A DNA stretch of 64,000 nt from assembly GCA_964291625.2 (NCBI GenBank), contig OZ220089.1:3616001-3680000 (forward strand), written 5' to 3'. Shown here piece after piece: positions 50,158 through 59,735 of the stretch (its first letter is position 1; each line of letters starts with the position of its first letter). A program made the translations under genes and the position numbers. The DNA is from Candidatus Latescibacterota bacterium (GTDB taxonomy: Bacteria > Latescibacterota > UBA2968 > UBA8231). A model generated the notes under the pieces. It saw only the letters and a program-made list of their open reading frames with translations, did not search any database and was not told the origin of the DNA.

Positions 50158-50943
50158 TCAGCCGACGACCGGCCAGGCGCCCCGGATGCTGCCCTCGTGC
50201 CGCACCAGGGCCTCGAAGCGGTCCGACTCCGGATCGGGTGTCACCGGCTTCCCTCCGTGGAGGTAGAGCGTGCCCACCTCCCCGGGGGGCAGGGCCTCCA
50301 CCAGTTCCCGGGCCTCTTCGAGGGCCTGGAGCCACTTCCTCTTCAGGGCCCTCACATCCAGGGGTTCCCGCAGGCTGAGACGGTCGACGTCGGCCTGGGA
50401 GCAGGCCGTGTGGCGCCCCGCCTGCTCCAGCAGGAACCCGGGCGTGTATCCCGGGTCCTTTCCGCAGGCCGCCCAGGCGAGGGCGCCGAGGTGCAGGTGG
50501 GTGTCGTGGAGGTGGAGGATGTCGACGTAGTCGCGGACCTCCTGCCGGCCCGCCAGGGCCAGCATCTTGTTCACCGCGGCGTCGGCATGATGCAGGCGGT
50601 ACCCGCACTCGTCGTCGGCCTCCACCGGGAAGAAGCGGAAGGCGCTGTCCTGGGCCCACTCGATCCGCAGTTGCTCTCCATCCCTGGACAGGACCGCCCG
50701 GAAGAAGGCAGGCGCGCGCAGGAGCCAGGTCAGCTCGAAGCCCGCGTCGCCCAGGCTGGAGGCGTCCGTCTCCGCGCACTGGGCGACGCTGTCGGCGAGA
50801 TCGTGAAACAGATCGAGGCCCTGGGAGAAGCGGGGTGTGTCCGGCTCTCGATGGAGGACCGTGGCGCCGGCCAGGTAGCTGTCCGGACTGCGGTTGGCGG
50901 CGATGGTTCGCAGCGCCAGCGCCTGGATCGGGGTCAGGGGCAC
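50158..50943 (-). CDS. AbiEii-like nucleotidyltransferase (type IV TA toxin-like)
   Basis: GTG start overlapping the upstream gene; YLAGATVL...RFSQGLDLFH...NKMLALAGR...RDYVDI. Confidence 0.72.
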   Translation of the reverse strand: MPLTPIQALALRTIAANRSPDSYLAGATVLHREPDTPRFSQGLDLFHDLADSVAQCAETDASSLGDAGFELTWLLRAPAFFRAVLSRDGEQLRIEWAQDSAFRFFPVEADDECGYRLHHADAAVNKMLALAGRQEVRDYVDILHLHDTHLHLGALAWAACGKDPGYTPGFLLEQAGRHTACSQADVDRLSLREPLDVRALKRKWLQALEEARELVEALPPGEVGTLYLHGGKPVTPDPESDRFEALVRHEGSIRGAWPVVG

Positions 50944-51209
50944 AGTCTGGCCGCGAGCAGGAACCCCCGGCGTCCGCCGTGCTGGCGCAGACCGCGGGCC
51001 ACCTCCGGCACGTCCTCCAGGGTGATCTTCATGTCGCGTGGCATGTACCAGAAGCACTGGGCGTGAAACTCGCGGAAGGCGCGGCGGGCCTCGCGGACCC
51101 GGACCATGTCGAGGGCGTCCTCCCTGGACAGGTGCCGGCGGCTCTTGCGGCCGCCCTTGCGCCCGATCTCCGCCAACCAGGCGCTGACTCTTTCCGGTGG
51201 CTTGTCCAT
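50934..51209 (-). CDS. Small basic protein, putative antitoxin partner
   Basis: 91 aa; LAEIGRKGG; FHAQCFWY...VARGLRQHGGR; overlaps the downstream start. Confidence 0.65.
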   Translation of the reverse strand: MDKPPERVSAWLAEIGRKGGRKSRRHLSREDALDMVRVREARRAFREFHAQCFWYMPRDMKITLEDVPEVARGLRQHGGRRGFLLAARLCP

Positions 51210-51247
51210 TGCCTGTCGTCGAGGATTATCGTAAGCTGCTTACGCTA

Positions 51248-53350
51248 ATGCAAGCCCTCCACGCCGCCGACCTCCGCCTCCTCCTCAACGGCGAGTGGGA
51301 GTTCGCCGAGGCCCCTGACGGAGATCCCCCGTCCGCCGGCTGGGGGCGGGTCCGGGTGCCCCACCGCTCCCGCGAGTTCGAGGACGATCCCCCCGCCTCG
51401 GGCTGGTACCGCACCCGCCTCGAGGTCCCCGCCGACTGGGAGATCGGGGACCGCCGCCTCGTCCTCGACCCCGGGCGGGTGCGCCACTTCGGCCGCCTCT
51501 ACCTCGACGGGCAGCCCCTGGGCGAGCACCACGGCATGCGCCTGCCCTGGCGCCTCGACCTCACCTCCCTCGCCGCTCCGGGCTCCACCCACGACCTGCT
51601 GCTCTACACCCACAACTGCACCGGCGCCTACGCCCATCCGCGGGAAGCCTCCCTCAGCGAGGACGCACTGAAGGCCCTCGACACCCTGTTCTGGCGCACG
51701 AGCGCCGCCACCGTCGGCCTGGAGTCCGACGTCCGGCTGAGCCTGGAGTCGCGGGTGCGGATCGAGGACGTGCACGTCACCACCTCGGTGCGCGAGGGCT
51801 CGATCAGCGTCGGCCTGACGGTGCACAATGGGGGAGGCGAGCCCTTCGCGGGCGAGGTCCGCCTGCGCGTGCGCCGCGAGGGCGGGACCGTGCTGGAGTT
51901 GCCGGCCGGCGCCGTGGAGGTGCCGCCGGGGGCGGACCGGCGGGTGAGCGCCTCGGCCCGGTGGAAGGACCCCGTGATCTGGGGCCGGCCGCCCTACGGC
52001 GAGCCCGTCCTCTACTTCCTGGAGAGCTCCCTCCACGAGTCCGGATCCTCGGGGCCCGCCGTGCACGCCGAGGCGACCCGCTTCGGTTTCCGCGAGATCT
52101 GGACCGAGGGCGACCGGCTGCTGCTCAACGGCACGCGGCTCATGCCCTGGGGCGACCACACCGTGCCCTACGTGTACGAGCGCCAGTGGCTGACCCGGAA
52201 GTTCGTCGACCTGGCCGACGCCAACGTCAGCATCGTCGAGCACCACCGCTACGATCCGCCCTCCGTGCTCTACGACGTGGCCGACGAGCTGGGCGTTTTC
52301 GTGGTGGGCGCCAACTTCTGCGTCGGCACGGGACAGGTCTTCCCCCCGGAGCTGGAGGCCGGCGAGAAGGCGCTCGTCATGGAGCACCACCTGGCGGTGG
52401 CCGACGACTGGATCCGCCGCGTCCGCAACCATCCCTCGATCCTGTTCTGGGACATCACCGACGCCCGGGACCCGGCCTACTGCGTGCCCCTGCTGCGCAA
52501 GGTGAAGGAGCTGGACCGCAGCCGCATCGCCGAGGTCACCTTCGATCCCTCCACCGCCGACGACGAGCTGATCGAGCTGATCGACTGCTACCGGCTGTTC
52601 AGCAGCCTCCAGAGCATCGAGCAGAGCATCGAGACGATCCGCGGGGAGCTGCCGGTGAAGCCGATCCGCGTCGGCGAGGCCGGCATCTTCGCCACGAGTC
52701 ACTGGGACGAGAAGGAGGAGGAGGCCCCGCCCCTGCAGGAGGGCTGGGCGGACTTCCTGCCCACCATGGGGGAGCGTGACATCCACGGCCTGCAGACCTT
52801 CTTCTTCGCCGACATGGACTACCGCGGCTTCAGCGACTCGGTGCCCGGCATGCTCGCCGCGGATTTCGACTTCGAGGTCAGCTGGCCCTCCCAGTCCGGC
52901 GACGACGCCCGCATCGACCCCTTCTCCGAGGGCACGCCCGAGGCCCGCGGCAAGCGCCGCCTCAGCCTCAACTGGTGCGACCCGGCGGCGCCGGTCTCGC
53001 GCCCCACGGGTACCGCGGCCTGGTCGCGGCGGCTCTTCCGCCGCTTCTCCGGCGGCGACGTGGGACCACTGGCGAGCGAGCGGGTGCCCGAGGTGCTCGT
53101 GCGCGTGACCCGGGGCGGCGAGCCCGTACCCCGGGCCTGCGTCCTCGCGGCTCCGTTGGAGGGGCAGGCGGTCCCGCCCCACGCCGTGCGGGCGGACCTG
53201 CGGGGCACGGCGTGGTTCGTGCTGCCCGAGGCGGGGGCCTACCGCTTCACGTGCGGGGGGTCGGGTGTGGAGGTGGAGACCCGGCGGCAGCCGGTCCGGG
53301 CGCCGGGGGGATACGGCCACGTGCAGGGGGTGGACCTGCGGCTGCCCTGA
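51248..53350 (+). CDS. Glycoside hydrolase family 2-like protein
   Basis: LNGEWEF, GWYRT, TRFGFREI...LLLNG, HRY...LYDVADELG, RVRNHPSILFW. Confidence 0.82.
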   Translation: MQALHAADLRLLLNGEWEFAEAPDGDPPSAGWGRVRVPHRSREFEDDPPASGWYRTRLEVPADWEIGDRRLVLDPGRVRHFGRLYLDGQPLGEHHGMRLPWRLDLTSLAAPGSTHDLLLYTHNCTGAYAHPREASLSEDALKALDTLFWRTSAATVGLESDVRLSLESRVRIEDVHVTTSVREGSISVGLTVHNGGGEPFAGEVRLRVRREGGTVLELPAGAVEVPPGADRRVSASARWKDPVIWGRPPYGEPVLYFLESSLHESGSSGPAVHAEATRFGFREIWTEGDRLLLNGTRLMPWGDHTVPYVYERQWLTRKFVDLADANVSIVEHHRYDPPSVLYDVADELGVFVVGANFCVGTGQVFPPELEAGEKALVMEHHLAVADDWIRRVRNHPSILFWDITDARDPAYCVPLLRKVKELDRSRIAEVTFDPSTADDELIELIDCYRLFSSLQSIEQSIETIRGELPVKPIRVGEAGIFATSHWDEKEEEAPPLQEGWADFLPTMGERDIHGLQTFFFADMDYRGFSDSVPGMLAADFDFEVSWPSQSGDDARIDPFSEGTPEARGKRRLSLNWCDPAAPVSRPTGTAAWSRRLFRRFSGGDVGPLASERVPEVLVRVTRGGEPVPRACVLAAPLEGQAVPPHAVRADLRGTAWFVLPEAGAYRFTCGGSGVEVETRRQPVRAPGGYGHVQGVDLRLP

Positions 53351-53453
53351 GGGCGGCGGCTCTTCGCGACAGCGAGGCGTCCGTGGGCGCCTTGGGCGGG
53401 GCAACCCCGCGTTCGGCAGGATTCCCCGGGCCTTGATCAACCCGGTACGGGCA

Positions 53454-54167
53454 TCACTCTTCCCGGCACATCGGCGCAGGGATCGTGGCGTCGTCTCTCA
53501 TCGGCCAGTCCGGGGACGGGTCCTCCAGCCAGAGCCACGCGTAGTCGACGCCCTCGATGGCTGGATCCAGGGCCCTGGCGCGGCCGAGGGCTTCCAGGGC
53601 CTGGCGAGGGCGTCCGCTGCGGTTGAGCACGCATCCCAGACTGAGGTAACCGGGAGCCCATGCGCTGTCGACGCCAAGGGCCTGGCGGAGCATCGCCTCC
53701 GCCTGTTCCAGGTCTCCTGATTCGATCAGGTGACGGACGAGGGCATACTGGACGAACAAGTAGAGGGATTCGTCGCCGCGGAGTTGGGCAGCCACATCCA
53801 CCGCCTCCTGGATTCTCGACAGATGAAGCAGGAGGAGTGTCTTGCCAGTCAGGGCCGGCGCAGCCCGCGGGGCGATCTCCAGGGCCGCATCGATGGAGGC
53901 GAGGGCGCCGTGAAGGTCGCCCTGGGCCCCCAGGGAATGGCCTCGAAAGAAGTGAGCCTCCGAATCCATCGGACGCAGCTCGACGATTCTACCGTAGTAC
54001 TCGGCCGCTTCCGCGTAGTCACCGGCCTCATAGGCCTCGCCGGCAGGACCCCGGTAGTCGAAGACGGAGGGCACGAGATACAGGGATCCGATGGCAAGGA
54101 GCATGCCGGCGGCATAGATGCAGGATACGGTTGCCGTTGTCGGCAGGCTGCAACGCGGCCAGTTCAT
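53454..54167 (-). CDS. Tetratricopeptide-repeat protein with N-terminal membrane segment
   Basis: AYEAGDYAEAAEYY...AHFFRG...AALEIAP...ARALDP; start at MNWPR inferred. Confidence 0.78.
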   Translation of the reverse strand: MNWPRCSLPTTATVSCIYAAGMLLAIGSLYLVPSVFDYRGPAGEAYEAGDYAEAAEYYGRIVELRPMDSEAHFFRGHSLGAQGDLHGALASIDAALEIAPRAAPALTGKTLLLLHLSRIQEAVDVAAQLRGDESLYLFVQYALVRHLIESGDLEQAEAMLRQALGVDSAWAPGYLSLGCVLNRSGRPRQALEALGRARALDPAIEGVDYAWLWLEDPSPDWPMRDDATIPAPMCREE

Positions 54168-54997
54168 GCGGGGTACCCGACTTCGGACAGAAGTATCCCA
54201 AGGAGGGTGATCGAGAGATTCCCGATCCCGTGCGCGATGATGGGAAACGCAAGTGCCCGGGTCCTCTCGTAGGAGAGGGCGAAGACCGCTCCGGAGAGAA
54301 AGTGCAGGATGGTGCTGTCCGTCCAGCCATAGCCATGTACGAAGGCGAACAGCGAGGACGACAGAAGCACGCTGGGGGCGCATGACAAGTGCCGCCGCAG
54401 CCAGGAATGGAGGATGCCTCGGAAGAGGAACTCCTCGATGACGGCCGTTACCAGGGCGCCTTGGAGGCAGGAGACGAAGAAGTGGGCCGCCACGGCCTCC
54501 ATGGGGGTATGGTGGAGCACATAGGCGTCCCCGCCGATGAAGGCGAAGTAGATCGCCGCGTTCATGGCCGTGAGGGCCACTCCGCAGAGGGCGGCGGGAA
54601 AGAGGTAGTGCAGCCAGCGGCCGGGTACCAGGCCGGTGACCTTCTCGACATTGCACTTGTACCACACCGCGCAGAACAGGCCGATCTCGACCATCGTGGC
54701 GATGCTCCCCATGGCCGTCCAGGCTCTCTCGACCACCAGGAATTCTGTTGCGCGATTGTGACAGGCCGCATCCAGGGCCCGAAGAGCCTTCTCGAGTCCG
54801 TACCTCTGCAGCAGCCAGAGGAGGATGCAGAGAACCGGGAAGCCGATCCCCCAGGGTACGTTCTCTCCCAGCTTCGAGCCCGCGCCGGGATCCTCGCGCC
54901 TTCCCCCGACGGCCGGGAGGGGTTGTCCCGCGGCCCCCTCCCGTCGGCGCCGCCTTCTCGGCCGTTCTCCGGCTGCGTCAGCTGATCGCCTGGGCAT
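54164..54997 (-). CDS. CPBP (Abi/CAAX) family intramembrane metalloprotease
   Basis: EEFLFRG, FAFVH, PIIAHGIGN motifs; multiple TM segments; start uncertain. Confidence 0.85.
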   Translation of the reverse strand: MPRRSADAAGERPRRRRRREGAAGQPLPAVGGRREDPGAGSKLGENVPWGIGFPVLCILLWLLQRYGLEKALRALDAACHNRATEFLVVERAWTAMGSIATMVEIGLFCAVWYKCNVEKVTGLVPGRWLHYLFPAALCGVALTAMNAAIYFAFIGGDAYVLHHTPMEAVAAHFFVSCLQGALVTAVIEEFLFRGILHSWLRRHLSCAPSVLLSSSLFAFVHGYGWTDSTILHFLSGAVFALSYERTRALAFPIIAHGIGNLSITLLGILLSEVGYPA

Positions 54998-55040
54998 GGT
55001 GGTTACAGGATGGCTGGAGCCGCCACTGCGTCCGCCGCGC

Positions 55041-56405
55041 TCAAGCGCTCCGCACCGCAAACAGATCGGCGTCCTGCAGCACCACCCGCAGGCGCACCGG
55101 ACGGCCCCTCAGGCCGGAGACGTCTCCCCCCGCCTTCCAGCCCACCGGGGCGTCGAGCTGGTCGCCGAATACCGGGTCCATCTCCTCCAGGCCGAATCCC
55201 GGCAGGGGCTGCCCCGACTCGTCCTGGATCTCCACCCGCAGAGATCCGGCCGCCGAGGTGGCGTAGTTCAGGCGCAGGGCGTCGCCTTCGAGCAGCAGGG
55301 GCCGCGTCACCAGTTCGCCCCCACCGTACCCGGCCCGCACCGAGGCGAAGCCGTGGGGCCGCACGACCACGCGGCGCAGGCGGTTCGTCGACCACCCGTA
55401 GTGCTCCGAGATGTAGATCGACCACTCGTCGTCGGCCGTCGGCACCAGGCCGGGGGCGGGGGTGCAGCTGCGGTGGGACCAGTTGCGCTGGTCGGTGCCC
55501 GGGCGCAGCCACGCCTCCAGGAAGGTGCGGTCCCAGTGGACGCCGTCGCGGCTGCTCATGAAGACGGCGTCGGAGAGGCCGTTGCCCGGGTAGGGCATGC
55601 CCGCCGTGTCCAGCTCGCGCTCGGGCAGGAAGCGCATGGGGAAGGAGAGGAGGATGTGCTCGGCGCCGGGACAGGGGGTGGTGGCGTTGGTGTAGAAGTG
55701 CTCCCGGGGCACGCCGTCGCCATACTGGTGGGGCTCCGGATCGGTCCAGTGGACGAAGTCCTCGGAGGTGCAGCTCTGGATCGCCCGCACCCGGCCGCCG
55801 TTGGTCGCGGAGTAGCGGCTGAAGAGGCGGTAGCGCCCGACGTGGGGATCCCACAGGGGGACGTTGAGGGAGTCGAAGGCGCCCGTGACCTCCAGGGGGC
55901 CCTCCTTCACCGGGGTCCAGCGCAGGCCGTCGGGGGAGGCGAAGCCGTGCAGGTTCGACCGTCCCGTGCCGCCCACCGCCTTGAAGCGCTGCTCCGGGTC
56001 GGCGGCCGGGTTGGCGTCGAGGAAGACGCAGAAGTTGTGGCTCTCGTGGCCCTGGATGAGGACGTTGTTCCGGCGCGTGCCCTCGAACTCCACCAGCCCC
56101 AGCTCCGGGTGATCGAAGCGGATCCCGTCGCGGCTGACCGCCAGGTTGGTGGTCTGGCTTGCGGCGCCGTCGGCGTAGTCCTGGCCGATGGGGTAGAATC
56201 CCCGGTAGTAAAGCAGGACCCGGTCCCCGTCCTGCACCAGGTTGTAGCAGGCGGTGCAGGCGCTCTCCCAGGGCTGGGAGACCTGGAAGACCACCTCCTT
56301 GCGGACCGGCGGGTGCAGGTGCAGGGCGGCCCCCTCGAGGCGGTCCACGAGAAAGCGGTCGACGAACAGCTCCCGGCGGGAGCCAAGGGCAACGGGCGCG
56401 GTCAT
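55041..56405 (-). CDS. Glycosidase-like five-bladed propeller protein (GH32/GH43-like)
   Basis: 454 aa from MTAPVALGSRRELFVD; Asp-box-like SRDGIRF, SPDGLRW, SEDFVHW, SRDGVHW. Confidence 0.75.
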   Translation of the reverse strand: MTAPVALGSRRELFVDRFLVDRLEGAALHLHPPVRKEVVFQVSQPWESACTACYNLVQDGDRVLLYYRGFYPIGQDYADGAASQTTNLAVSRDGIRFDHPELGLVEFEGTRRNNVLIQGHESHNFCVFLDANPAADPEQRFKAVGGTGRSNLHGFASPDGLRWTPVKEGPLEVTGAFDSLNVPLWDPHVGRYRLFSRYSATNGGRVRAIQSCTSEDFVHWTDPEPHQYGDGVPREHFYTNATTPCPGAEHILLSFPMRFLPERELDTAGMPYPGNGLSDAVFMSSRDGVHWDRTFLEAWLRPGTDQRNWSHRSCTPAPGLVPTADDEWSIYISEHYGWSTNRLRRVVVRPHGFASVRAGYGGGELVTRPLLLEGDALRLNYATSAAGSLRVEIQDESGQPLPGFGLEEMDPVFGDQLDAPVGWKAGGDVSGLRGRPVRLRVVLQDADLFAVRSA

Positions 56406-56451
56406 GGCATACCTTTCGGCGAAGTCAACCCCGCAACGAAAGGACGGAGCC

Positions 56452-56640
56452 ATGCCCTTCATCAACGTCAAGATGATCGAAGGCCGCACCACCGAGCAGA
56501 AGCGCCAGCTGGCCAAGGCCCTCACCGAGGCGATCGTGGAGATCTGCGGCGCCAAGCCCGAGGGCACCACCGTGGTCATCGAGGACCACGCCAAGGAGGA
56601 CTGGGCCACCGGCGGGGTGCTGCTGGCCGACCGGGGGTAG
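56452..56640 (+). CDS. 4-oxalocrotonate tautomerase family protein
   Basis: MPFINVKMIEGRTTEQKRQL...WATGG with the catalytic Pro-1. Confidence 0.9.
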   Translation: MPFINVKMIEGRTTEQKRQLAKALTEAIVEICGAKPEGTTVVIEDHAKEDWATGGVLLADRG

Positions 56641-56659
56641 TTGCCAGATTGACAGACCG

Positions 56660-56706
56660 GACTACCTTGTCGTCATTTTACCGCGAAAAATGACGGCGAG
56701 GTAGTC
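56660..56706. promoter_or_regulatory. 20-bp-arm inverted repeat directly before the ATPase start
   Basis: GACTACCTTGTCGTCATTTT-ACCGCGA-AAAATGACGGCGAGGTAGTC; TTGACA at 56649-56654. Confidence 0.65.
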
Positions 56707-56707
56707 A

Positions 56708-57862
56708 ATGTCCCTTCCCCGCATCCTCCGGGCACCCCGTCAGAGCTTCTTCCTGATGGGGCCCCGCGGCGTCGGCAAGAGCACCTGGCTGCGCATGGCC
56801 TTCCCCGACGCCCACGTGATCGACCTGCTCTCCGAAGCGACCTACCAGCGCCTGCTGGCCGATCCCGGTCTCTTCGCCGCCGAGCTGAGGGCTGTCGACG
56901 GGGACCGCTGGGTGGTCTTGGACGAGATGCAGCGGCTGCCCGGGCTGCTCAACGAGGTCCATCGCTTCATCGAGGAGCGCGGGCAGCGCTTCGTGCTGTG
57001 CGGGTCGAGCGCCCGAAAGCTCAGGCAGGCGGGAGTCAACCTGCTCGCCGGGCGCGCCCTGTACCGGGCCATGCACCCCTTCATCCCCGCCGAGCTGGGC
57101 GCCTCCTTCGATCTCGAGGAGGCCATGCGCCACGGCCTGCTGCCCATCGTCTGGGCGTCCGAGGCCCGGGACGAGACCCTGGAAGCGTATGCCCGGATGT
57201 ACCTGCGCGAAGAGATCCAGGCCGAGGGCCTGGTGCGCAACCTGCCCGGCTTTGCCCGCTTCCTGCCCATTGCCGCCCTCTTCCACGGCCAGACGGTCAA
57301 CGCCACCAACATCGCCCGCGAGGCCGGCGTCGCCCGCACCACCGTGACGGGCTACCTGGAGATCCTGGAGCAGACCCTCCTCTGCTTCCGGCTCCCGGGC
57401 TACGAGGCGAAGGTGCGCGTGCGCGAGCGCTCCCTTCCCAAGTGGTACTGGTGCGACCCCGGGATCGTGCGGGCCCTCAAGGGAGTCGCCGCCGGCCCCC
57501 CCGCCCCGGAAGAGCGCGGGCCTCTCTTCGAAGGGCTGGTGGCCCAGTTCATCCGCGCCTGCAAGGACTATCTCGGGGTATGCGATGGGTGGTACTACTG
57601 GGCCAGTGCCGCGTCGAACGGGATGGAGGTGGACTTCCTGCTCGAGCGCCGGGGCGAGTTCATCGCCGTGGAGACGAAGGCCGGGAGGAGCTTCTCGGAG
57701 AGCTGGTGCAGGGGCCTGCGCGCCCTCGGCGGCCTGAAGGGGCTGCGCCGGCGCCTCGTGGTCTACCCCGAGGGACCGTCCCTGCAGACCGCCGACGGCA
57801 TTGAGGTAGTGCCTCTTGCCCGCTTCAGCGAGCTGCTGCATGGGGGGGCCCTGTGGCCGTGA
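56708..57862 (+). CDS. AAA_14 ATPase with DUF4143 domain
   Basis: GPRGVGKST, VVLDEMQ, GSSA, LAGR, KWYWCDPG, EVDFL...AVETK. Confidence 0.88.
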   Translation: MSLPRILRAPRQSFFLMGPRGVGKSTWLRMAFPDAHVIDLLSEATYQRLLADPGLFAAELRAVDGDRWVVLDEMQRLPGLLNEVHRFIEERGQRFVLCGSSARKLRQAGVNLLAGRALYRAMHPFIPAELGASFDLEEAMRHGLLPIVWASEARDETLEAYARMYLREEIQAEGLVRNLPGFARFLPIAALFHGQTVNATNIAREAGVARTTVTGYLEILEQTLLCFRLPGYEAKVRVRERSLPKWYWCDPGIVRALKGVAAGPPAPEERGPLFEGLVAQFIRACKDYLGVCDGWYYWASAASNGMEVDFLLERRGEFIAVETKAGRSFSESWCRGLRALGGLKGLRRRLVVYPEGPSLQTADGIEVVPLARFSELLHGGALWP

Positions 57863-57875
57863 GGGGCGCGCCGGC

Positions 57876-59012
57876 TTAGTGCAGCAGGCGGTAGCGCACG
57901 TCCCGGAAGGCCGTGCTGCACTCCCACACCATCAGACCGAAGGCGCCCATGCGGAAGGTCTCGTCGGTGAGCTGGTTGACCAGCTTGCCGTCGACGTACG
58001 AGGTGAGCGAGGCGCCCCGGGCGGCGACCTGGACCTCGTACTCCTGGCCCCTGTGGAGGGCGTGGTTGACCACGCTCAGCTTGGTTAGCCGGCCCTCGAT
58101 CACCCGGTAGATGCCGACCGCCTGCCACCCAAGGAGGAAGTCGAACAGGTAGTAGCTGCGGTCGTCCGCGGAGATGCGGAAGGCCACCTGGGCGTTTCCT
58201 CCCGAGATCGGCGCCAGCAGGAAGGAGAGCTCGTAGTCGGTCCAGGTCGGCTCGCCGGCGATCAGCGAAGGCGGGTCCTCGCCGGACTCTCCGCTGCCGA
58301 CGATGGCGTTGCCCTCCATCCTCCAGGTCTTCTGCAGGGCCTCTCGGTCCGACCACGCGGGCGGGCGCCAGGAGGTGAGCTCCTCGTCGGCCGGAACCAC
58401 CTGCCAGTTGATGAGGCCCCGCATGCCTCCGATGACGTCGCGTGGAGAGCTCTCGGGGGCATCGGTGTGTTCGTGGGATTCCTGTGACATGTGGCGGATC
58501 CTTTCTCGCATCCGTCTGCGCGATCTGTGAAGTCGGCTCTTGGCGGTGCCGACCGGTATGTCCAGCCGCTCCGCGACCCGTTTGAGCTCCATGCCGCTCA
58601 GGTAGAACAGGGTGACCACGGCTCTGTCCGGCGGCGCCAGGGTGTTGACCAGGGCCTTGAGGTCCCGGTACCCGAGGAGCGATCCCAGCTCCGGATCGGC
58701 CACGCCGCGGCCCAGCTCGTGCGCGGGCAGGCGTTGTTGCTCGAGCCGCCGGTGGCGCAGCATCTTCCGGGCGGCGTTGCGGGCGATGGCGTGGAGCCAG
58801 GCCGGCAGCCGGTCCGGGTCCTTCAGCTCGTCGAGGCGCCGGCAGGCCCTGATGAACGCCTCCTGGGCGGCGTCCTCGACATCGTCGGGATCGTCCAGAA
58901 GGGGCGCGACGGTCCTGACGACGGCCGCCCAGTGCCTGTCCACCAGCCGGCGGAAGGCGTCTTGGCACCCCTGCCTGCACCCCGCGACGAGTTGCTGGTC
59001 CGAGATCACCAT
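57876..59012 (-). CDS. ECF sigma-70 factor with C-terminal DUF1080-like domain
   Basis: AFRRLV...DVEDAAQEAF...WLHAIARN; region 4 VAERLDIPVGTAKSRLHR; C-terminal WRMEGNAIVG...WTDYEL...YVDGKLV...FRDVR. Confidence 0.82.
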   Translation of the reverse strand: MVISDQQLVAGCRQGCQDAFRRLVDRHWAAVVRTVAPLLDDPDDVEDAAQEAFIRACRRLDELKDPDRLPAWLHAIARNAARKMLRHRRLEQQRLPAHELGRGVADPELGSLLGYRDLKALVNTLAPPDRAVVTLFYLSGMELKRVAERLDIPVGTAKSRLHRSRRRMRERIRHMSQESHEHTDAPESSPRDVIGGMRGLINWQVVPADEELTSWRPPAWSDREALQKTWRMEGNAIVGSGESGEDPPSLIAGEPTWTDYELSFLLAPISGGNAQVAFRISADDRSYYLFDFLLGWQAVGIYRVIEGRLTKLSVVNHALHRGQEYEVQVAARGASLTSYVDGKLVNQLTDETFRMGAFGLMVWECSTAFRDVRYRLLH

Positions 59013-59074
59013 TGCCTCACACCCTGTAGATCCGGGAATCCGGCGCAGGTTCACGAAGAGAGGAAGGAAACAGC

Positions 59075-59725
59075 ATGCCGGTCTTTCGCGCGGGACCCGG
59101 CCAGGCGCCCGCTTGGTGCGAGATGCGCCAGTTCGACATCGTCCGCCTGCCCGCCGGCGCCGCCCGCTACGACTTCAGCCGCGCCGGCCCCAGGGAGAAA
59201 CTGATCGTCGGGGAGGGAGCCTGCACGGTGGCCGGGGGCGGCCGCGAGCAGGCCGCCGCCGCGGGGGCCAACATCGATCTGCCGGCGGGGGGAGAGGAAG
59301 CCGGGTTCAGCATCCTCGACGCAGCCGAGGACACCACCTTGATCCGCATGGCCGGGGACTGGGGAGACGAGGTCGGCGGCTCCGGGCTGTTCTCAGTGGA
59401 GGAGGTGGTCGACGGTGACCGCGCCGACCGGGGCGACCCCGTGCCCTACGAGAAGCGGACCCGCTTCGACTGCCACTTCCACGACTGCGACGAGTACTGG
59501 ATCCTCTTCGCCGGCCAGGGCGTCGCCGTCTCGGAGGGCAAGCGCTACGAGGTCGCCTCAGGCGACTGCGTGGCCACCGGCATGGGGCACCACCACGACT
59601 TCCCGGTGGTGCACGAACCGGTGCGGGCCGTCTATTTCGAGACCACCATGGAGGGGGAGAAGCGGCGGGGGCACCTGTGGGACCACACGCATGGGAGGGC
59701 GGAGCCGAGGGGGGAGCGGGTGTGA
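59075..59725 (+). CDS. Cupin-domain protein
   Basis: DCHFHDCDEYW...GDCVATGMGHHH. Confidence 0.8.
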   Translation: MPVFRAGPGQAPAWCEMRQFDIVRLPAGAARYDFSRAGPREKLIVGEGACTVAGGGREQAAAAGANIDLPAGGEEAGFSILDAAEDTTLIRMAGDWGDEVGGSGLFSVEEVVDGDRADRGDPVPYEKRTRFDCHFHDCDEYWILFAGQGVAVSEGKRYEVASGDCVATGMGHHHDFPVVHEPVRAVYFETTMEGEKRRGHLWDHTHGRAEPRGERV

Positions 59726-59735
59726 AGAGGGGAGG

